Below, one piece after another: positions 53,825-64,000 of a stretch of DNA of 64,000 nt. The position numbers and the translations under genes are program-made. Each line of letters starts with the position of its first letter. Position 1 is the first letter of the stretch. The notes below the pieces were generated by a model. It was given only the letters and a program-made list of their open reading frames with translations, had not been told where the DNA came from and ran no database searches. The DNA is from Acidobacteriota bacterium (lineage in GTDB: Bacteria > Acidobacteriota > Polarisedimenticolia > Gp22-AA2), in the NCBI GenBank assembly GCA_041486695.1, contig JBGPLZ010000001.1, positions 60,913 through 124,912 of the forward strand, read 5' to 3'.

Positions 53825-56671
53825 ATGGAGACGCCCGACCTCAAGTCCACTCTCAACCTTCCGCGGACCGACTTCCCAATGAAGGCGGACCTGCCGCGGC
53901 GCGAGCCGCGACTGCTCGAAGCGTGGGAGGCGATCGACATCCACGCGACGATTCGGAAGGCGCGCCGGGGTCGGCCGATTTTCATGATGCACGATGGCCC
54001 TCCCTACGCCAACGGGCATATTCACCTTGGCCAGGCGCTGAACAAGATCCTGAAAGATATCGTGGTGAAGTCGCGCACCATGATGGGTTTCGATGCTCCG
54101 TACATTCCCGGCTGGGACTGTCATGGTCTGCCGATCGAGCATCAGGTGGACAAGGACCTGGGGCCGAAGAAGTTCGCCATGTCGCCCCTCCAAGTGCGGT
54201 CGGCCTGCCGCGCCTACGCCGAAAAGTTCATCGCCATCCAGCGCGACGAGTTCCGTCGTCTCGGTGTCTTCGGAGAATGGAACACCCCTTACCTGACCCT
54301 CGACACCGCCTACGAGGCAACCATCGTCGAAGAGATCGGACGGTTCGCGGCGAACGGACATGTCTACCGGGACAAACGATCGGTCCTCTGGTGTCCGCAG
54401 TGCGCAACCGCCCTGGCCGAAGCGGAGGTCGAGTATGAGGACCACAGCTCCCCCGCAATCACCGTCCGCTTCCCCCTCGACCCGGCCCGCGTCGAAAAGC
54501 TCGGGGTCGGAGGTCTAAGGGGTCGGCCGGTCTCGATCCTGATCTGGACCACGACGCCCTGGACCTTGCCGGCCAACGTCGCCGTGGCCCTCCATCCCGA
54601 GTTCGATTACCAGATCGTCGACCTGGGCGCCGAGGTGGTCGTGCTCGCAGCCGACCGCGCCGAGGCCATCCTGGGCGAGCGCACCCGGGAGTCTCGAACG
54701 GTCCTGGCAACCTTCAAGGGGCGCGAACTCCTGTCCCTGGTCGAGGCGAAGGCGCCCTATCCGTTCGCGGCCGGCGGCGCCTCGCGCCTGGTTCCTGCCG
54801 ACTACGTGACGCGCGACACCGGGACCGGAGCCGTGCACACAGCTCCGGGCCACGGCATGGATGACTTCCAGACCGGACGGCGCCACGGTCTGGCGATCTT
54901 TTCGCCCGTCGACGAGCGCGGTCGCTTCCAGGCGGAGGTGACCCAGTTCGCCGGGATGAAGGTCTTCGACGCCAACGTTCCGATCATGGAGGATCTGAAG
55001 GCGCGCGGCCTGCTGTGGAACGCCAGCACGATCACCCATAGCTATCCCCACTGCTGGCGGTGCAAACAGCCGATCATTTTCCGCGCCACGGAGCAGTGGT
55101 GGATCGCCCTCGATCATAACGAGCTGCGACGCCGCTGCCTGGAGTCGATCCAGAGGGTGCGCTGGATTCCACCCGCCGGCTCCCAGCGGATCGGGGGCAT
55201 GATCGCGACCCGCCCCGACTGGTGCATCTCGCGGCAGCGCGTCTGGGGTGTCCCCCTTCCTTTCCCGTTCTGTGTCCGGTGCGGCCGCGAGATCGTCGAC
55301 CCGGGCTTCATCGCCAGGACCGCCGCCCTGTTCCGCGAGCGCGGCAGCGACGCCTGGTTCGAGCCCGAATCGTTCGCGCGCCTCGCAGAGGGCACCTCCT
55401 GCCCGAACTGTGGCGGTGGTGAGCTTCAGGCCCGTCATGAGATCGTGGACGTCTGGTTCGAGTCGGGGGTTTCCTATCTGGCGCTGATCGCGGCACGCGC
55501 GGAGCTCCGCTGGCCGAGCGATCTTTACCTCGAGGGGAGCGATCAGCACCGCGGCTGGTTTCATTCCTCCCTCCTGGTGGCGGTCGACAGCCGTAACGAG
55601 GCGCCCTACCGAAGCGTCCTGACCCATGGCTTCACTCTCGACGGCTCCGGCCGCAAGATGTCGAAGTCGCTGGGGAACGTCATCGCGCCCCAGGAGGTGA
55701 TCACCCAGCATGGCGGGGATGTCCTGCGGCTTTGGGTCGCCACGGTCGACTTCCTCGAGGACATGCGGCTGTCGCAGGAAATCCTGGCGCGCAACGCCGA
55801 GGCCTATCGCAAGATCCGCAACACCTGTCGCTTCATCCTCGGGAACCTGCGCGACTTCGATCCGAGCCGGAACGCGGTGCCTCTCGACCGCCTCGAGGAG
55901 ATCGACCGCTGGGCTCTCCACCAGCTGAACGATCTGGTCGGCCGGGTGCGCGCCGCCTACGATGCCTACGAGTTTCATGTGGCCTCGCAGGCGCTGCACC
56001 GCTTCAGCACCGTGACGCTGAGCGCCTTTTACCTGGATGTCCTCAAGGACCGTCTCTACACGAGCGCGCCCGACGCGGCGCCTCGACGATCGGCCCAGAC
56101 GGCGATGCGTCTGATCCTTGAAGCCTTGACCCGGCTGATGGCGCCGATCCTCTGCTTCACGGCAGAAGAGATCTGGCAGGCGCTGCGCGGCCGCCGCGAT
56201 GGCGATCCGATCCTCGCCACCGTCCATGCGGAAGAGTTCCCGACACCGTTCGATCTCCCCCCGGACACAGACCTGCTCGCCCGGTTCGAGCGCCTGCTCG
56301 AGATCCGGGACGATGTCCTCAAGGCCATCGAGACCGTGCGCGCCCAGGGTCTCCTCGGAAATGCCCTCGAGGCTCGGGTGACTGTCGACGCGCCGGCCGA
56401 GGTGCGGCCTCTCCTGGAGCGCCATGCCGGCGATCTCCCGTTTCTCTTGATCGTCTCCGGCGTGGTCCTCGGACCGGTCGCTTCGCCGGTCCACGTGAGC
56501 GCGCGGATCCCGGGGCTGAGGATCGGCGTCGACCGGCAGCCGGGAACCAAGTGTGAGCGCTGCTGGAACGTGCGCCAGGACATCGGTGCCGACCCCACCC
56601 TGCCGTCGGTCTGCGGGCGCTGCGCGGGGGCGGTGCGGTCGATCCTGGCGACCCGGGGAAGAAACGCATGA
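53825..56671 (+). CDS. ileS: isoleucine--tRNA ligase
   Basis: HIGH ([11 protein letters not shown]), KMSKS, CP1 editing domain, C-terminal Zn finger CERCW...CGRC. Start at Met 53825. Confidence 0.9.
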   Translation: METPDLKSTLNLPRTDFPMKADLPRREPRLLEAWEAIDIHATIRKARRGRPIFMMHDGPPYANGHIHLGQALNKILKDIVVKSRTMMGFDAPYIPGWDCHGLPIEHQVDKDLGPKKFAMSPLQVRSACRAYAEKFIAIQRDEFRRLGVFGEWNTPYLTLDTAYEATIVEEIGRFAANGHVYRDKRSVLWCPQCATALAEAEVEYEDHSSPAITVRFPLDPARVEKLGVGGLRGRPVSILIWTTTPWTLPANVAVALHPEFDYQIVDLGAEVVVLAADRAEAILGERTRESRTVLATFKGRELLSLVEAKAPYPFAAGGASRLVPADYVTRDTGTGAVHTAPGHGMDDFQTGRRHGLAIFSPVDERGRFQAEVTQFAGMKVFDANVPIMEDLKARGLLWNASTITHSYPHCWRCKQPIIFRATEQWWIALDHNELRRRCLESIQRVRWIPPAGSQRIGGMIATRPDWCISRQRVWGVPLPFPFCVRCGREIVDPGFIARTAALFRERGSDAWFEPESFARLAEGTSCPNCGGGELQARHEIVDVWFESGVSYLALIAARAELRWPSDLYLEGSDQHRGWFHSSLLVAVDSRNEAPYRSVLTHGFTLDGSGRKMSKSLGNVIAPQEVITQHGGDVLRLWVATVDFLEDMRLSQEILARNAEAYRKIRNTCRFILGNLRDFDPSRNAVPLDRLEEIDRWALHQLNDLVGRVRAAYDAYEFHVASQALHRFSTVTLSAFYLDVLKDRLYTSAPDAAPRRSAQTAMRLILEALTRLMAPILCFTAEEIWQALRGRRDGDPILATVHAEEFPTPFDLPPDTDLLARFERLLEIRDDVLKAIETVRAQGLLGNALEARVTVDAPAEVRPLLERHAGDLPFLLIVSGVVLGPVASPVHVSARIPGLRIGVDRQPGTKCERCWNVRQDIGADPTLPSVCGRCAGAVRSILATRGRNA

Positions 56672-57186
56672 ACCGTGAGACGGCGTGGCGAGCCTCGTAC
56701 GCCCTGGTCTCCGTCAGCGTCCTCGTCCTCGATCAGATCACCAAGTGGCAGATCACCTCGAACATGGCGCTCTACTCATCCATCCCCGTGGTGCGCGGCC
56801 TCTTCCACCTGACCCTGGTCACGAACCGCGGAGCGCTGTTCGGCCTCTTCCATGACATGGCCGACCCCTACCGGAGCGCGTTGTTCACCTCCATCCCCAT
56901 TCTGGCGATCGTGCTGATCGTCGTTTTTCAGGTGCGCACGACCGTTGCCGACACCGTGGCCCAAGCCGGCCTGGCCCTGATCCTTGGCGGTGCTGTCGGG
57001 AACCTCACCGATCGTCTGCGGCTCGGCTACGTCATCGATTTCCTCGACATCTTCGTCGGCGACCACCATTGGCCGGCCTTCAACGTGGCCGATGCGTCGA
57101 TCTGCATCGGCGTGACCTTCCTGGTCCTCGATCTCCTCGCCAAGGGACCGGAGCACCGGCGCGCCGGATCGACACCGGAGCCCTGA
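56668..57186 (+). CDS. lspA: lipoprotein signal peptidase II
   Basis: LspA motifs ([13 protein letters not shown]). ATGA overlap with ileS. Confidence 0.85.
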   Translation: MNRETAWRASYALVSVSVLVLDQITKWQITSNMALYSSIPVVRGLFHLTLVTNRGALFGLFHDMADPYRSALFTSIPILAIVLIVVFQVRTTVADTVAQAGLALILGGAVGNLTDRLRLGYVIDFLDIFVGDHHWPAFNVADASICIGVTFLVLDLLAKGPEHRRAGSTPEP

Positions 57187-57188
57187 CG

Positions 57189-58016
57189 ATGCATCCCGTC
57201 CTCTTCGATCTGCACCTCGGCCGCTTCGGAGTGTTCTCCATCGGCACCTACGGGCTGTTTTACGCCCTCGGCTTCCTCCTGGCGCTCCGGTTGGCCATGT
57301 CGTATGCGCGCCGCGAAGGCCTCGATCCAGCTCGAATCGTCGATCTCGGCATCGTGGCCCTGCTCTCCGGCTTCGTCGGCGCCAAGCTTCTCCTGTATCT
57401 CATCGATTTTCGAACCTATCTTGCCGACCCGATGGCGATGCTGCGGAACTTGCGATCGGCCGGGGTGTTCTATGGAGGCTTTGGACTCGCATGCCTGGCG
57501 GTCTATCGCTATGTTCGCAAGCACGATCTTCCGCTCGGCAAGGTCGCGGATCTGGCGGCGCCTCCGCTCGCCCTCGGGCAGGCGATCGGACGGATCGGCT
57601 GTTTCATGGCAGGCTGCTGCTACGGCAAGACCTGCGATCTGCCCTGGGCGGTCACCTTCAGCGATCCGCGCGCCTATGAGCTGACCGGAGTGACGCTCGG
57701 CGTTCCCCTTCACCCGACCCAGCTCTATCACGTTATGGCCGACCTGCTCATCCTGGGCATCACTGTCTGGTTCATGAAACGACGGCGGTTTGCGGGTCAG
57801 GTCTTCTGGATCTACGTCCTGTCCTACGCGCTGCTCCGGTTCCTGGTCGAGTTCTATCGTGGGGACTCGGTGCGCGGTCTCTTCTTTGGAGCCAGCCTTT
57901 CGACGTCGCAGCTGATCGCCCTGCCGGCCGCCCTGGCGGCGGCCCTCGTCCTGTATCTCCTCCCGCGCTGGCGGGGCGGCGGGGCGCAAGCCACGCGCCG
58001 TCCCACGCGTGGGTAG
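57189..58016 (+). CDS. lgt: prolipoprotein diacylglyceryl transferase
   Basis: Lgt signature GQAIGRIGCFMAGCCYGK; multi-TM protein. Start at Met 57189. Confidence 0.85.
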   Translation: MHPVLFDLHLGRFGVFSIGTYGLFYALGFLLALRLAMSYARREGLDPARIVDLGIVALLSGFVGAKLLLYLIDFRTYLADPMAMLRNLRSAGVFYGGFGLACLAVYRYVRKHDLPLGKVADLAAPPLALGQAIGRIGCFMAGCCYGKTCDLPWAVTFSDPRAYELTGVTLGVPLHPTQLYHVMADLLILGITVWFMKRRRFAGQVFWIYVLSYALLRFLVEFYRGDSVRGLFFGASLSTSQLIALPAALAAALVLYLLPRWRGGGAQATRRPTRG

Positions 58017-58025
58017 AAGGGTCGC

Positions 58026-59021
58026 TTGATGCCAGACCGGCTGCCGGAGCGGCGGATCGCGCTCGATCTCGGCGCCGACAGTGCCGGCGGAAGAATCGAT
58101 CAGGCCCTCGCCGCGCGCCTTCCTGATCTCAGCCGGGCGACGCTTCAGCGCCTCATCCGGGAGGGTCTCGTGCTGGTCGGGGGCCAGCCCGTCCGGGCCT
58201 CCCACAGGGTGCGCGGGGGCGAGAGGGTCACGGTCACGATCCCACCGCCTCGCCCCCCGAGGCCCCTGCCCGAGGCGCACGATCTCTCGATCCTTCACGA
58301 AGACGGCGATCTGATCGTCCTCGATAAGCCGGCGGGAGTCGTAGTCCATCCCGGGGCCGGAGCACATGCCGGCACCCTGGTGAATTTTCTTCTGCACCAT
58401 TGCCGGGACCTATCGGGGATCGGCGGGCAAGAGCGGCCCGGCATCGTGCATCGCCTGGACCGGGACACCTCCGGCGTCCTGGTGGTCGCCAAGAACGACG
58501 CGGCCCATCGCAGCCTGTCGGCGCAATTCAAGGCCCGGCAGGTGCGGAAGGTTTATGAGGCCGTCGTCTGGGGACAACCCCGCCGGGCTCAGGATACAAT
58601 CGACACGCCGATCGGGCGGCACCCCGGTGCCCGAGTCAGGATGTCGGTCCTCGCCTCCGGCAGGGCGGCCCGTACCACCTACCGAGTGGTGGCGCGGTTG
58701 GGGCCGGTGTCGCTCCTCGAGGTCCATCCGGAGACCGGCCGGACGCACCAGATCCGGGTCCATCTGAAGTCCATAGGTCACCCGGTGGTGGGCGATCGAG
58801 TCTACCGTGGTCGACGCGCCGAAACGGTGCTCGATATGGCGACCCGCGGCAGCCTTCTTTTGTACACCGGGCTGGCGTTGCACGCTCGCAGCCTCGGCTT
58901 TACGCATCCCCGCACCGGAGCCTGGGTCCAGTATGAGGCGCCCCGGCCGGCGGATCTCGCAAGCTTGATTTCGGAGCTCGCGAGGCAGGCGTCGATTTCG
59001 TTGGAGGTCACCGGGAAATGA
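58026..59021 (+). CDS. rluD: RluA-family pseudouridine synthase (RluD-like, S4 domain N-terminal)
   Basis: S4 domain followed by catalytic motif GIVHRLDRDTSGVLVVAKN. Confidence 0.8.
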   Translation: MMPDRLPERRIALDLGADSAGGRIDQALAARLPDLSRATLQRLIREGLVLVGGQPVRASHRVRGGERVTVTIPPPRPPRPLPEAHDLSILHEDGDLIVLDKPAGVVVHPGAGAHAGTLVNFLLHHCRDLSGIGGQERPGIVHRLDRDTSGVLVVAKNDAAHRSLSAQFKARQVRKVYEAVVWGQPRRAQDTIDTPIGRHPGARVRMSVLASGRAARTTYRVVARLGPVSLLEVHPETGRTHQIRVHLKSIGHPVVGDRVYRGRRAETVLDMATRGSLLLYTGLALHARSLGFTHPRTGAWVQYEAPRPADLASLISELARQASISLEVTGK

Positions 59022-59905
59022 GTCGAAAGCGCACGACCTTCTCGATCCTCGGGGGCGGCCGCCTCGGCCAGACGCTCGGGCGGGTTCTGACCCGTCGCGG
59101 GCTGGTTCCGCTCGGGATCTCCTGCCGCACTCTCCGCTCGGCTCGCCAGGCCGTCGCCTTCATCGGCGGCGGCCACCCCACGACTTCAAATTTCAAGGCG
59201 GCGGCGGGGGCCGGCCTCATCCTCATCGCCACCCCCGACCGAGCCATCGCGCCCCTGGCGCGTGAGCTGGCCGACGCCGGCCTGGTTCTCCGGGGGAGGG
59301 TCGTTGCGCACACGAGCGGAGCCCTGGCCTCCTCCACCCTCGATCCGGTCCGCCAGCGCGGCGCCCTGGTCGCCTCGCTTCATCCGCTTGTGAGCATCGC
59401 CGACCCGAGCGAAGGCCTCAGGCGGTTCCAGGGGATCCCCTTCGCCATTGAAGGGGATCCGGCGGCGGTCCGTTTGCTTCGCAGGCTCGTTCTTTCTCTC
59501 GGCGGCCTTCCCATCACGATTCCCCGCGAGTCGAAGGCGCTCTATCATCTGATTGCGTGTCTCCTCTCGAATGACCTGGTCGCCCTTTTGGCGTTCGGGC
59601 TCGATGCCGCGCGCGGGTTGGGGCTCAGCCGTCGTCAGGCCGCCCGCCTCTACCTGCCTCTCGTCCGGGGCACGATCGACAATGTCGTCAGGCTGGGGCC
59701 GGTCAAGGCACTGACCGGTCCGATATCCCGGGGCGATGCGACCACCCTCAGGCTGCATGCCGACGCCCTGCGGTCTCTGCCGGCCGACTTCCGCCGCTTG
59801 CACCGCCTCCTGGCGATCCGCTCCACAGGCCTGGCTCTGGAGGCAGGCACGATCACACCCGACATCGCGGCCCGCCTGGCGCGGCTCCTGGGAACGCTCC
59901 CCTAG
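59018..59905 (+). CDS. Rossmann-fold NAD(P)-binding protein, DUF2520-like
   Basis: N-terminal ILGGGRLGQTLG dinucleotide-binding motif. ATGA overlap with rluD. Confidence 0.55.
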   Translation: MSRKRTTFSILGGGRLGQTLGRVLTRRGLVPLGISCRTLRSARQAVAFIGGGHPTTSNFKAAAGAGLILIATPDRAIAPLARELADAGLVLRGRVVAHTSGALASSTLDPVRQRGALVASLHPLVSIADPSEGLRRFQGIPFAIEGDPAAVRLLRRLVLSLGGLPITIPRESKALYHLIACLLSNDLVALLAFGLDAARGLGLSRRQAARLYLPLVRGTIDNVVRLGPVKALTGPISRGDATTLRLHADALRSLPADFRRLHRLLAIRSTGLALEAGTITPDIAARLARLLGTLP

Positions 59906-60082
59906 AACCGGGCCGACCAGGAAGGCCAGCCTTCGATCGAGTTCCTTCCTATGGAGGCGGCTTGATCCGTTCGGGTGAGGACCCTAGATTTCACAATCAG
60001 GATCGATCATGTAGGGGGTATCCCGGGTATGGCGGCGAACGGCGATCGGAGTGACCGGGAATCGTGGTCGAACGCACGGCGG

Positions 60083-61087
60083 TCAGTTGGCGAGTTGTTG
60101 GTTGCAGAGGCCTTCCGGCGACGTGATGACCCCATCCCCATAGACGCCAGGGAGGCCCCTGCATGCGCCGTTCTCGTCGGTGGCGGCCGATACACCCTTT
60201 GCCTCGACGCAACAGGCACACGGATCTCCAGTACAGGAGCCCAGGGCCGCCGTGGTCGTGTATTTCAGGGTGGGCCCCGTGGTGAGATTCCCACTTCTGT
60301 CGACGACGTCGATCCGCAGAGACAGGACCGCGCCAGCCGGGTAACTGACCTTGGACCACTCTCGATTCGTCATGGCGACGCAGTCCCGCACAAACTTCTT
60401 GATTTGGCCAGCCGCGAATGCTTCGTCCAGGATCGCGAAATTCCTACTGTAGATCCCGTCATCCATGACGGCGTCTCCAGAAACCAGTTGAAAGGTGGCA
60501 GTGTTGCAGATGACTCCTCCATCCCCGCCGGCCACGCTGCAATCCAAGGGGTCATCAGCGGTCTGTTTCTGGAAGAGACCCTGCGCCGCATCCGTATGAA
60601 TCGGACTGCCATCGTCAAAGAGAACGAGAGTAATCTCATTTTGGGTGGTCCCCCCGCCGGGGACTATGTAGCTGGCACTCACCAGAAGGATGTCATTCTT
60701 GCGCCCGGGGTCAGTGCTGTCGGGGTCGCTGACCTTCACGGTCAACTTGAAGTGGCTGAACGTTGCCCCGAACACAGTCGGGGCGAGCATCTGGGCCCGA
60801 TATTTATAGTCAAGCGCCTCGGTAAAATCGCAACTGACCGTCGACGGAGTGGCGTCCAGCTGCGGTTGTCCCTCGATGACTGGCGGACGCCCGAAGATGC
60901 GGGTTCCCGGCGCGGTGTCCTGAGTCTTGCTGCACCCTGCGAAGCCCAACACGACAAGGATCAGGGTTGGAGCGAGAAGCGAACGCCGTCGAATCAAGGA
61001 GAGATCTCCACGAGCCGCTTGCGCTTCATCAATCGCCGACTCGAGAGCGGCCGCCGGACTTCCGTGCAAACCGAAGGAAAGGCGCAT
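60083..61087 (-). CDS. secreted lipoprotein with Cys-rich C-terminal domain (hypothetical)
   Basis: Leader ...LLAPTLILVVLGFAGCS (lipobox-like). C-terminal CTGDPCACCVEAKG...ENGACRGLPG...GLCNQQ. No family recognised. Start at Met 61087 (the ORF extends to 61141). Confidence 0.5.
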   Translation of the reverse strand: MRLSFGLHGSPAAALESAIDEAQAARGDLSLIRRRSLLAPTLILVVLGFAGCSKTQDTAPGTRIFGRPPVIEGQPQLDATPSTVSCDFTEALDYKYRAQMLAPTVFGATFSHFKLTVKVSDPDSTDPGRKNDILLVSASYIVPGGGTTQNEITLVLFDDGSPIHTDAAQGLFQKQTADDPLDCSVAGGDGGVICNTATFQLVSGDAVMDDGIYSRNFAILDEAFAAGQIKKFVRDCVAMTNREWSKVSYPAGAVLSLRIDVVDRSGNLTTGPTLKYTTTAALGSCTGDPCACCVEAKGVSAATDENGACRGLPGVYGDGVITSPEGLCNQQLAN

Positions 61088-61335
61088 TCTAAAAAAGTGA
61101 CCTCCTTGAGTCAAGGCGGGGAGAGAACACGGCCGCCGCACGACGCCGGCTTAAAAGCGACTGTGAGCAAGGGCTTCGAGTCGATTCTCACCGCTTCAAA
61201 CGGGCTAAGTGTACGGGGGGGGTGGGGGTCTGTCAAGGCTGAATCCGGACCCCTAGCGGCACGGATACAGCAGTCGTCATGCTCCCCGGCGGGTGTCGAT
61301 TCCTGGACACGGGTACTCCGCGAGCGGCATCTCTG

Positions 61336-62082
61336 ATGGCCCCCAAGAGCGTCCTGAGCGGCGATCTCGGTTCCTTCAGCCTGGCCGATGTCTTCACCCT
61401 TCTCGGCATGGGCAGGAAGAGCGGGGTGCTTCGCCTCACCCGTGGGGCCGAGACCAGGACCCTGCACTGGGAAGCAGGTGAGATCGTCTTCGCTCGTTCC
61501 AACTCGGTGCGCGACAGCCTCGGAAACTTCCTGGTCCGCAAGGGGATCATCACTCCGGAACAGAATGCCGTCTCCGCTTCCAAGATCGACGAAACCACCC
61601 GCCACGGCAAGGTCCTGGTTCGGATGGGATTCATCACCGCCGACCAGCTTCTCTGGGCGGTCAAGCAACAAGTGATCGAAATCATCTATGCCCTGTTCCA
61701 TTGGCGGAGCGGCTTCTTCGAATTCGTCGAAGGAGAGGCCGAGAGCAAGGAGAAGATCACCCTGTCGATGTCAACCACCAAGATCGTGATGGAAGGGATC
61801 CACCGCCTCGATGAGTGGGGGAAGATCCGGGCCACTTTCCCGGACGACGCCCTCGTCCTGGAGCCGGGCCTCCCCCCCGGGGAGGTGGCGAGCAAGCCCG
61901 ATCTGAGCTCCGAGGAAAAAAGTCTCTACCCGCTGGTGAACGGGTCGCGCACCCTGTCCGAGATCGCCAACCTGGCTCGTCTGGGCGAGTTCGAGTGCTA
62001 CTCGGCGCTGTTCAATCTGTTTTCCTCCGGGGCGCTGCGGCTGCCGGTGGCCCGGGAGGTGCCAAGGAGAGCCGCGCGCTGA
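61336..62082 (+). CDS. DUF4388-domain protein with tandem MshEN/GspE-N-like motifs
   Basis: DUF4388 signature GDLGSFSLADVFTLLGMGRKSGVLRL, then two ~24-aa motifs LGNFLVRKGIITPEQNAVSASKID and HGKVLVRMGFITADQLLWAVKQQ resembling the c-di-GMP-binding MshEN motif. Confidence 0.55.
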   Translation: MAPKSVLSGDLGSFSLADVFTLLGMGRKSGVLRLTRGAETRTLHWEAGEIVFARSNSVRDSLGNFLVRKGIITPEQNAVSASKIDETTRHGKVLVRMGFITADQLLWAVKQQVIEIIYALFHWRSGFFEFVEGEAESKEKITLSMSTTKIVMEGIHRLDEWGKIRATFPDDALVLEPGLPPGEVASKPDLSSEEKSLYPLVNGSRTLSEIANLARLGEFECYSALFNLFSSGALRLPVAREVPRRAAR

Positions 62083-62086
62083 ACGG

Positions 62087-63436
62087 TCATGCGGTCCGCT
62101 CGAGGGACGCGATGCATTCGATGTGATGCGTCTGCGGGAAGAGATCGACAGGCGAGACCTTCGTCAGCTTGAAGCCTCCCCCTCCCATCACGATTTTTAG
62201 ATCGCGCGCCAGAGTCGCCGGATCGCACGATACGTAGACGAGCCGATCGACCCTGGCGGCCGCGATCTCATCGGCCACCCCACGCGGCAGGCCGGTCCGG
62301 GGCGGGTCGACCAGGATCACGTCCCAGGCCCTGTCTCGCAGCAATTCCGGCAAGACCGTCGCAACATCCCCGCCCAGGAGCCGCACTCTGCCCTCGAGAT
62401 CACCCGCGAGATTCAGGCGTGCCGCGGCGAGGGCCTCGCGCGATCCCTCGACGGCCGTGACCGATCCCACCCGCGGGGCGAGCGCGCGGGTCAAGAACCC
62501 CACACCGCAGAACAGCTCGAGGATCGCCTCGGTTGACTTCGGGGCGAGCGCCGAAAGCGTCAGGCTGCGGAGCTTGCCCGAGAGGTAGACGTTCGGCTGG
62601 AAAAAAGCACCCGCCGGCACCTTGAAGCGGTCGCCGTCGACGATCTCGAAGAGGTGGTCGCGCCCGATGACGATCGATTCCTCGACGAGGCGCCCTCCCC
62701 GGTCGATCTCACGCCGAACAACGCCGACCAGGCGAGGAAACTCGCTTCGGAGATCCTCGGCGAGTTCCCGGAGCGCGGGCGGCTCTCCACGTCCCGTCTC
62801 GAGGGTCACGAGCATTTCGCCGCTGCCTCGCGCCTCCTGGATCGATGCCCGGCGCAAGAAACCACTGCGACGGCGGCGATCCCAGGCGGTCAGCTGCCGG
62901 CGTGAAGCCGTCGACGCGAGGAATCCCGACATTCGATTGGCTCGATCGCTGATCAGGTGGCAGCGCCGTATCGGAACGATCGCGTCGGCCCTGCCGCGAC
63001 GATGCAACCCGAGGGTCAGGCCTCCGCCGGAACCGGACCATTCAAAATCGATGCGGAAGCGGTAGGCCCAAGGATCCGGCGCAATGACCGTCTCGTCCAC
63101 CGGCGGGTTCGCGATCCCTGCGATCCGGGAGAGAATCGATCGAACCTGCCCACGCTTGGCGCGCGCCTGACCCGCGGCCGAAAGATGCTGCAGATCGCAG
63201 CCGCCGCACTGGTTGTAGTGCTCACACGGCGGGATGGCGCGGTCCACGGAGGCCCGCTGGATATCAACCACCTCGGCTTCGGCGAAGCCGCTGTGGACGC
63301 GCCGTACACGGCACCGTATCGATTCCCCGGGGAGTGCCCCCTCGACGAAGAGGACGAACCCCATGTGCCGGGCCACGCCACGGCCTCCGAAGGCGAGATC
63401 CTCGATGTCGAGGCGCAGCTCGGCGCCCGGCCGCAA
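62087..63436 (-). CDS. rlmD: 23S rRNA (uracil-C5)-methyltransferase RlmD/RumA family
   Basis: N-terminal TRAM domain, Fe-S Cys cluster CEHYNQCGGCDLQHL, C-terminal SAM-dependent methyltransferase domain (LELFCGVGFLT, VSCDPATLARD). Confidence 0.8.
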   Translation of the reverse strand: MRPGAELRLDIEDLAFGGRGVARHMGFVLFVEGALPGESIRCRVRRVHSGFAEAEVVDIQRASVDRAIPPCEHYNQCGGCDLQHLSAAGQARAKRGQVRSILSRIAGIANPPVDETVIAPDPWAYRFRIDFEWSGSGGGLTLGLHRRGRADAIVPIRRCHLISDRANRMSGFLASTASRRQLTAWDRRRRSGFLRRASIQEARGSGEMLVTLETGRGEPPALRELAEDLRSEFPRLVGVVRREIDRGGRLVEESIVIGRDHLFEIVDGDRFKVPAGAFFQPNVYLSGKLRSLTLSALAPKSTEAILELFCGVGFLTRALAPRVGSVTAVEGSREALAAARLNLAGDLEGRVRLLGGDVATVLPELLRDRAWDVILVDPPRTGLPRGVADEIAAARVDRLVYVSCDPATLARDLKIVMGGGGFKLTKVSPVDLFPQTHHIECIASLERTA

Positions 63437-63453
63437 ACCCGCCGGTGCGGGTG

Positions 63454-64000
63454 TTACTGGCAGGTCCTGCCCTGGCGCGGGTTGCCGGCGGAGTCGAAGC
63501 CCAGAACACCGACGCCGCTCCCGTTCGGGCAGCCATTCCGGGCCCGGACGAGGTAATAGAACACCTGGCCAGGCGACGGCACTGTTCCGTCGATGGCGCT
63601 CGTGACCAACGTTCCCGTCGAGACGCAGGTCGATGCGCTGACGAAATCCGCGGGGTTGCCGGTCCTGAGGAGATCGTAGCCGACCGAGGTGGCCCCGGGC
63701 ACCGAGGGGGGCATCCAGTTCATCCCGGATGCGTCGATGCAGGAAAGACTCGGCACCTCGGAGGGGGTGGACCAGGTGCTCAGGTCCGCGTCATTGCAGT
63801 CGGCACCAGCGCCGGCCACATACCCGGCCGGCGCGCTGTAGCCCTGAATCGCCAGGCTCGGGTCACCGATGCCGTCTCCGTCCTGGTCGAGGAAGAAGGT
63901 GGACAGGGTCGATCCGCTCAAGGAACTGTAGCGCCCGCCGCTCGACATCGGCGCCCCGTTGAACCCTCCCCAGGTCAGCATCAGATTACCGGTCCAGACC
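63454..64000 (-). CDS. partial (3' end only) secreted Cys-rich repeat protein, MopE-like
   Basis: Contains DQDGDGIGDP...DCNDADLS (Myxococcales-type Cys-rich Ca-binding repeat) and C-terminal YYLVRARNGC...GSG...C. The frame is open to the window edge. Confidence 0.45.
   Translation of the reverse strand, partial: VWTGNLMLTWGGFNGAPMSSGGRYSSLSGSTLSTFFLDQDGDGIGDPSLAIQGYSAPAGYVAGAGADCNDADLSTWSTPSEVPSLSCIDASGMNWMPPSVPGATSVGYDLLRTGNPADFVSASTCVSTGTLVTSAIDGTVPSPGQVFYYLVRARNGCPNGSGVGVLGFDSAGNPRQGRTCQ

Noticed and set aside
54515-56494. 659-aa minus-strand ORF
   Set aside because: Antisense to ileS (HIGH/KMSKS/Zn-finger present on the plus strand).
59906-60082. Possible terminator or small RNA in the convergent gap between the DUF2520 gene and the lipoprotein gene
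   Set aside because: Only short 5-7 bp stems (GGAAGG/CCTTCC, GATCGATC palindrome) without U-tracts. Nothing distinctive enough to call.
61216-61236. G-rich run (G8 T G5) as a possible G-quadruplex or phase-variation tract in the divergent promoter region
   Set aside because: Only two G-tracts, so insufficient for a quadruplex. Comparable G/C homopolymers are frequent in this 70% GC sequence.
1-64000. CRISPR arrays, IS transposases, integrases, phage or toxin-antitoxin genes
   Set aside because: Scanned all intergenic regions and unassigned ORFs. No direct-repeat arrays, no DDE/tyrosine recombinase motifs, no small paired ORFs of TA type were seen.

Overview
High-GC (about 70%) bacterial chromosomal segment, densely coding and mostly housekeeping. 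From gene content (SpoVG, bactofilin, sigma-54 enhancer-binding protein (EBP), Hanks-type Ser/Thr kinase, DUF4388, MopE-type Cys-rich repeat) I infer a Myxococcota/deltaproteobacteria-like Gram-negative lineage. A 16.6-kb single-orientation gene string on the minus strand (1582..18162) runs phoH, pgpH-like 7TM-HD, ybeY, era, [inserted ~276-bp MITE-like inverted-repeat element], recO, glyQ, glyS, ppdK, rimK, AstE/AspA-family hydrolase, mutL, SLT transglycosylase, with 1-4 nt start/stop overlaps. Next come aspS-hisS, a BamB-like beta-propeller, a small membrane/redox operon, the rplI-rpsR-rpsF / pth-rplY-prs ribosomal block, tRNA-Gln, and spoVG. These are followed by a tightly coupled envelope operon: ispE, lolB-like, TPR, Ser/Thr kinase, yibQ, ctpA, envC, and an AlkP-family gene. 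The plus strand then carries anmK, a family-5 ABC substrate-binding protein (with no conserved stop) and a trmH-family methyltransferase, with tsaC convergent on the minus strand. The most accessory-looking part is a c-di-GMP/sigma-54 signalling block (43.5-50.8 kb): PAS histidine kinase, degenerate-GGDEF/EAL, REC, REC-PilZ, NtrC-like EBP with its own sigma-54 promoter, and bactofilin. After it come tRNA-Gly, a nifS / Zn-ribbon-FHA / mnmA operon, ileS-lspA-lgt-rluD-DUF2520, a Cys-rich lipoprotein, a DUF4388 + MshEN-like putative c-di-GMP binder, rlmD, and a partial MopE-like secreted protein. There are no CRISPR arrays, IS transposases or phage genes. Everything is read by eye from the sequence and the ORF track; all homology calls rest on motif recognition, not database searches.
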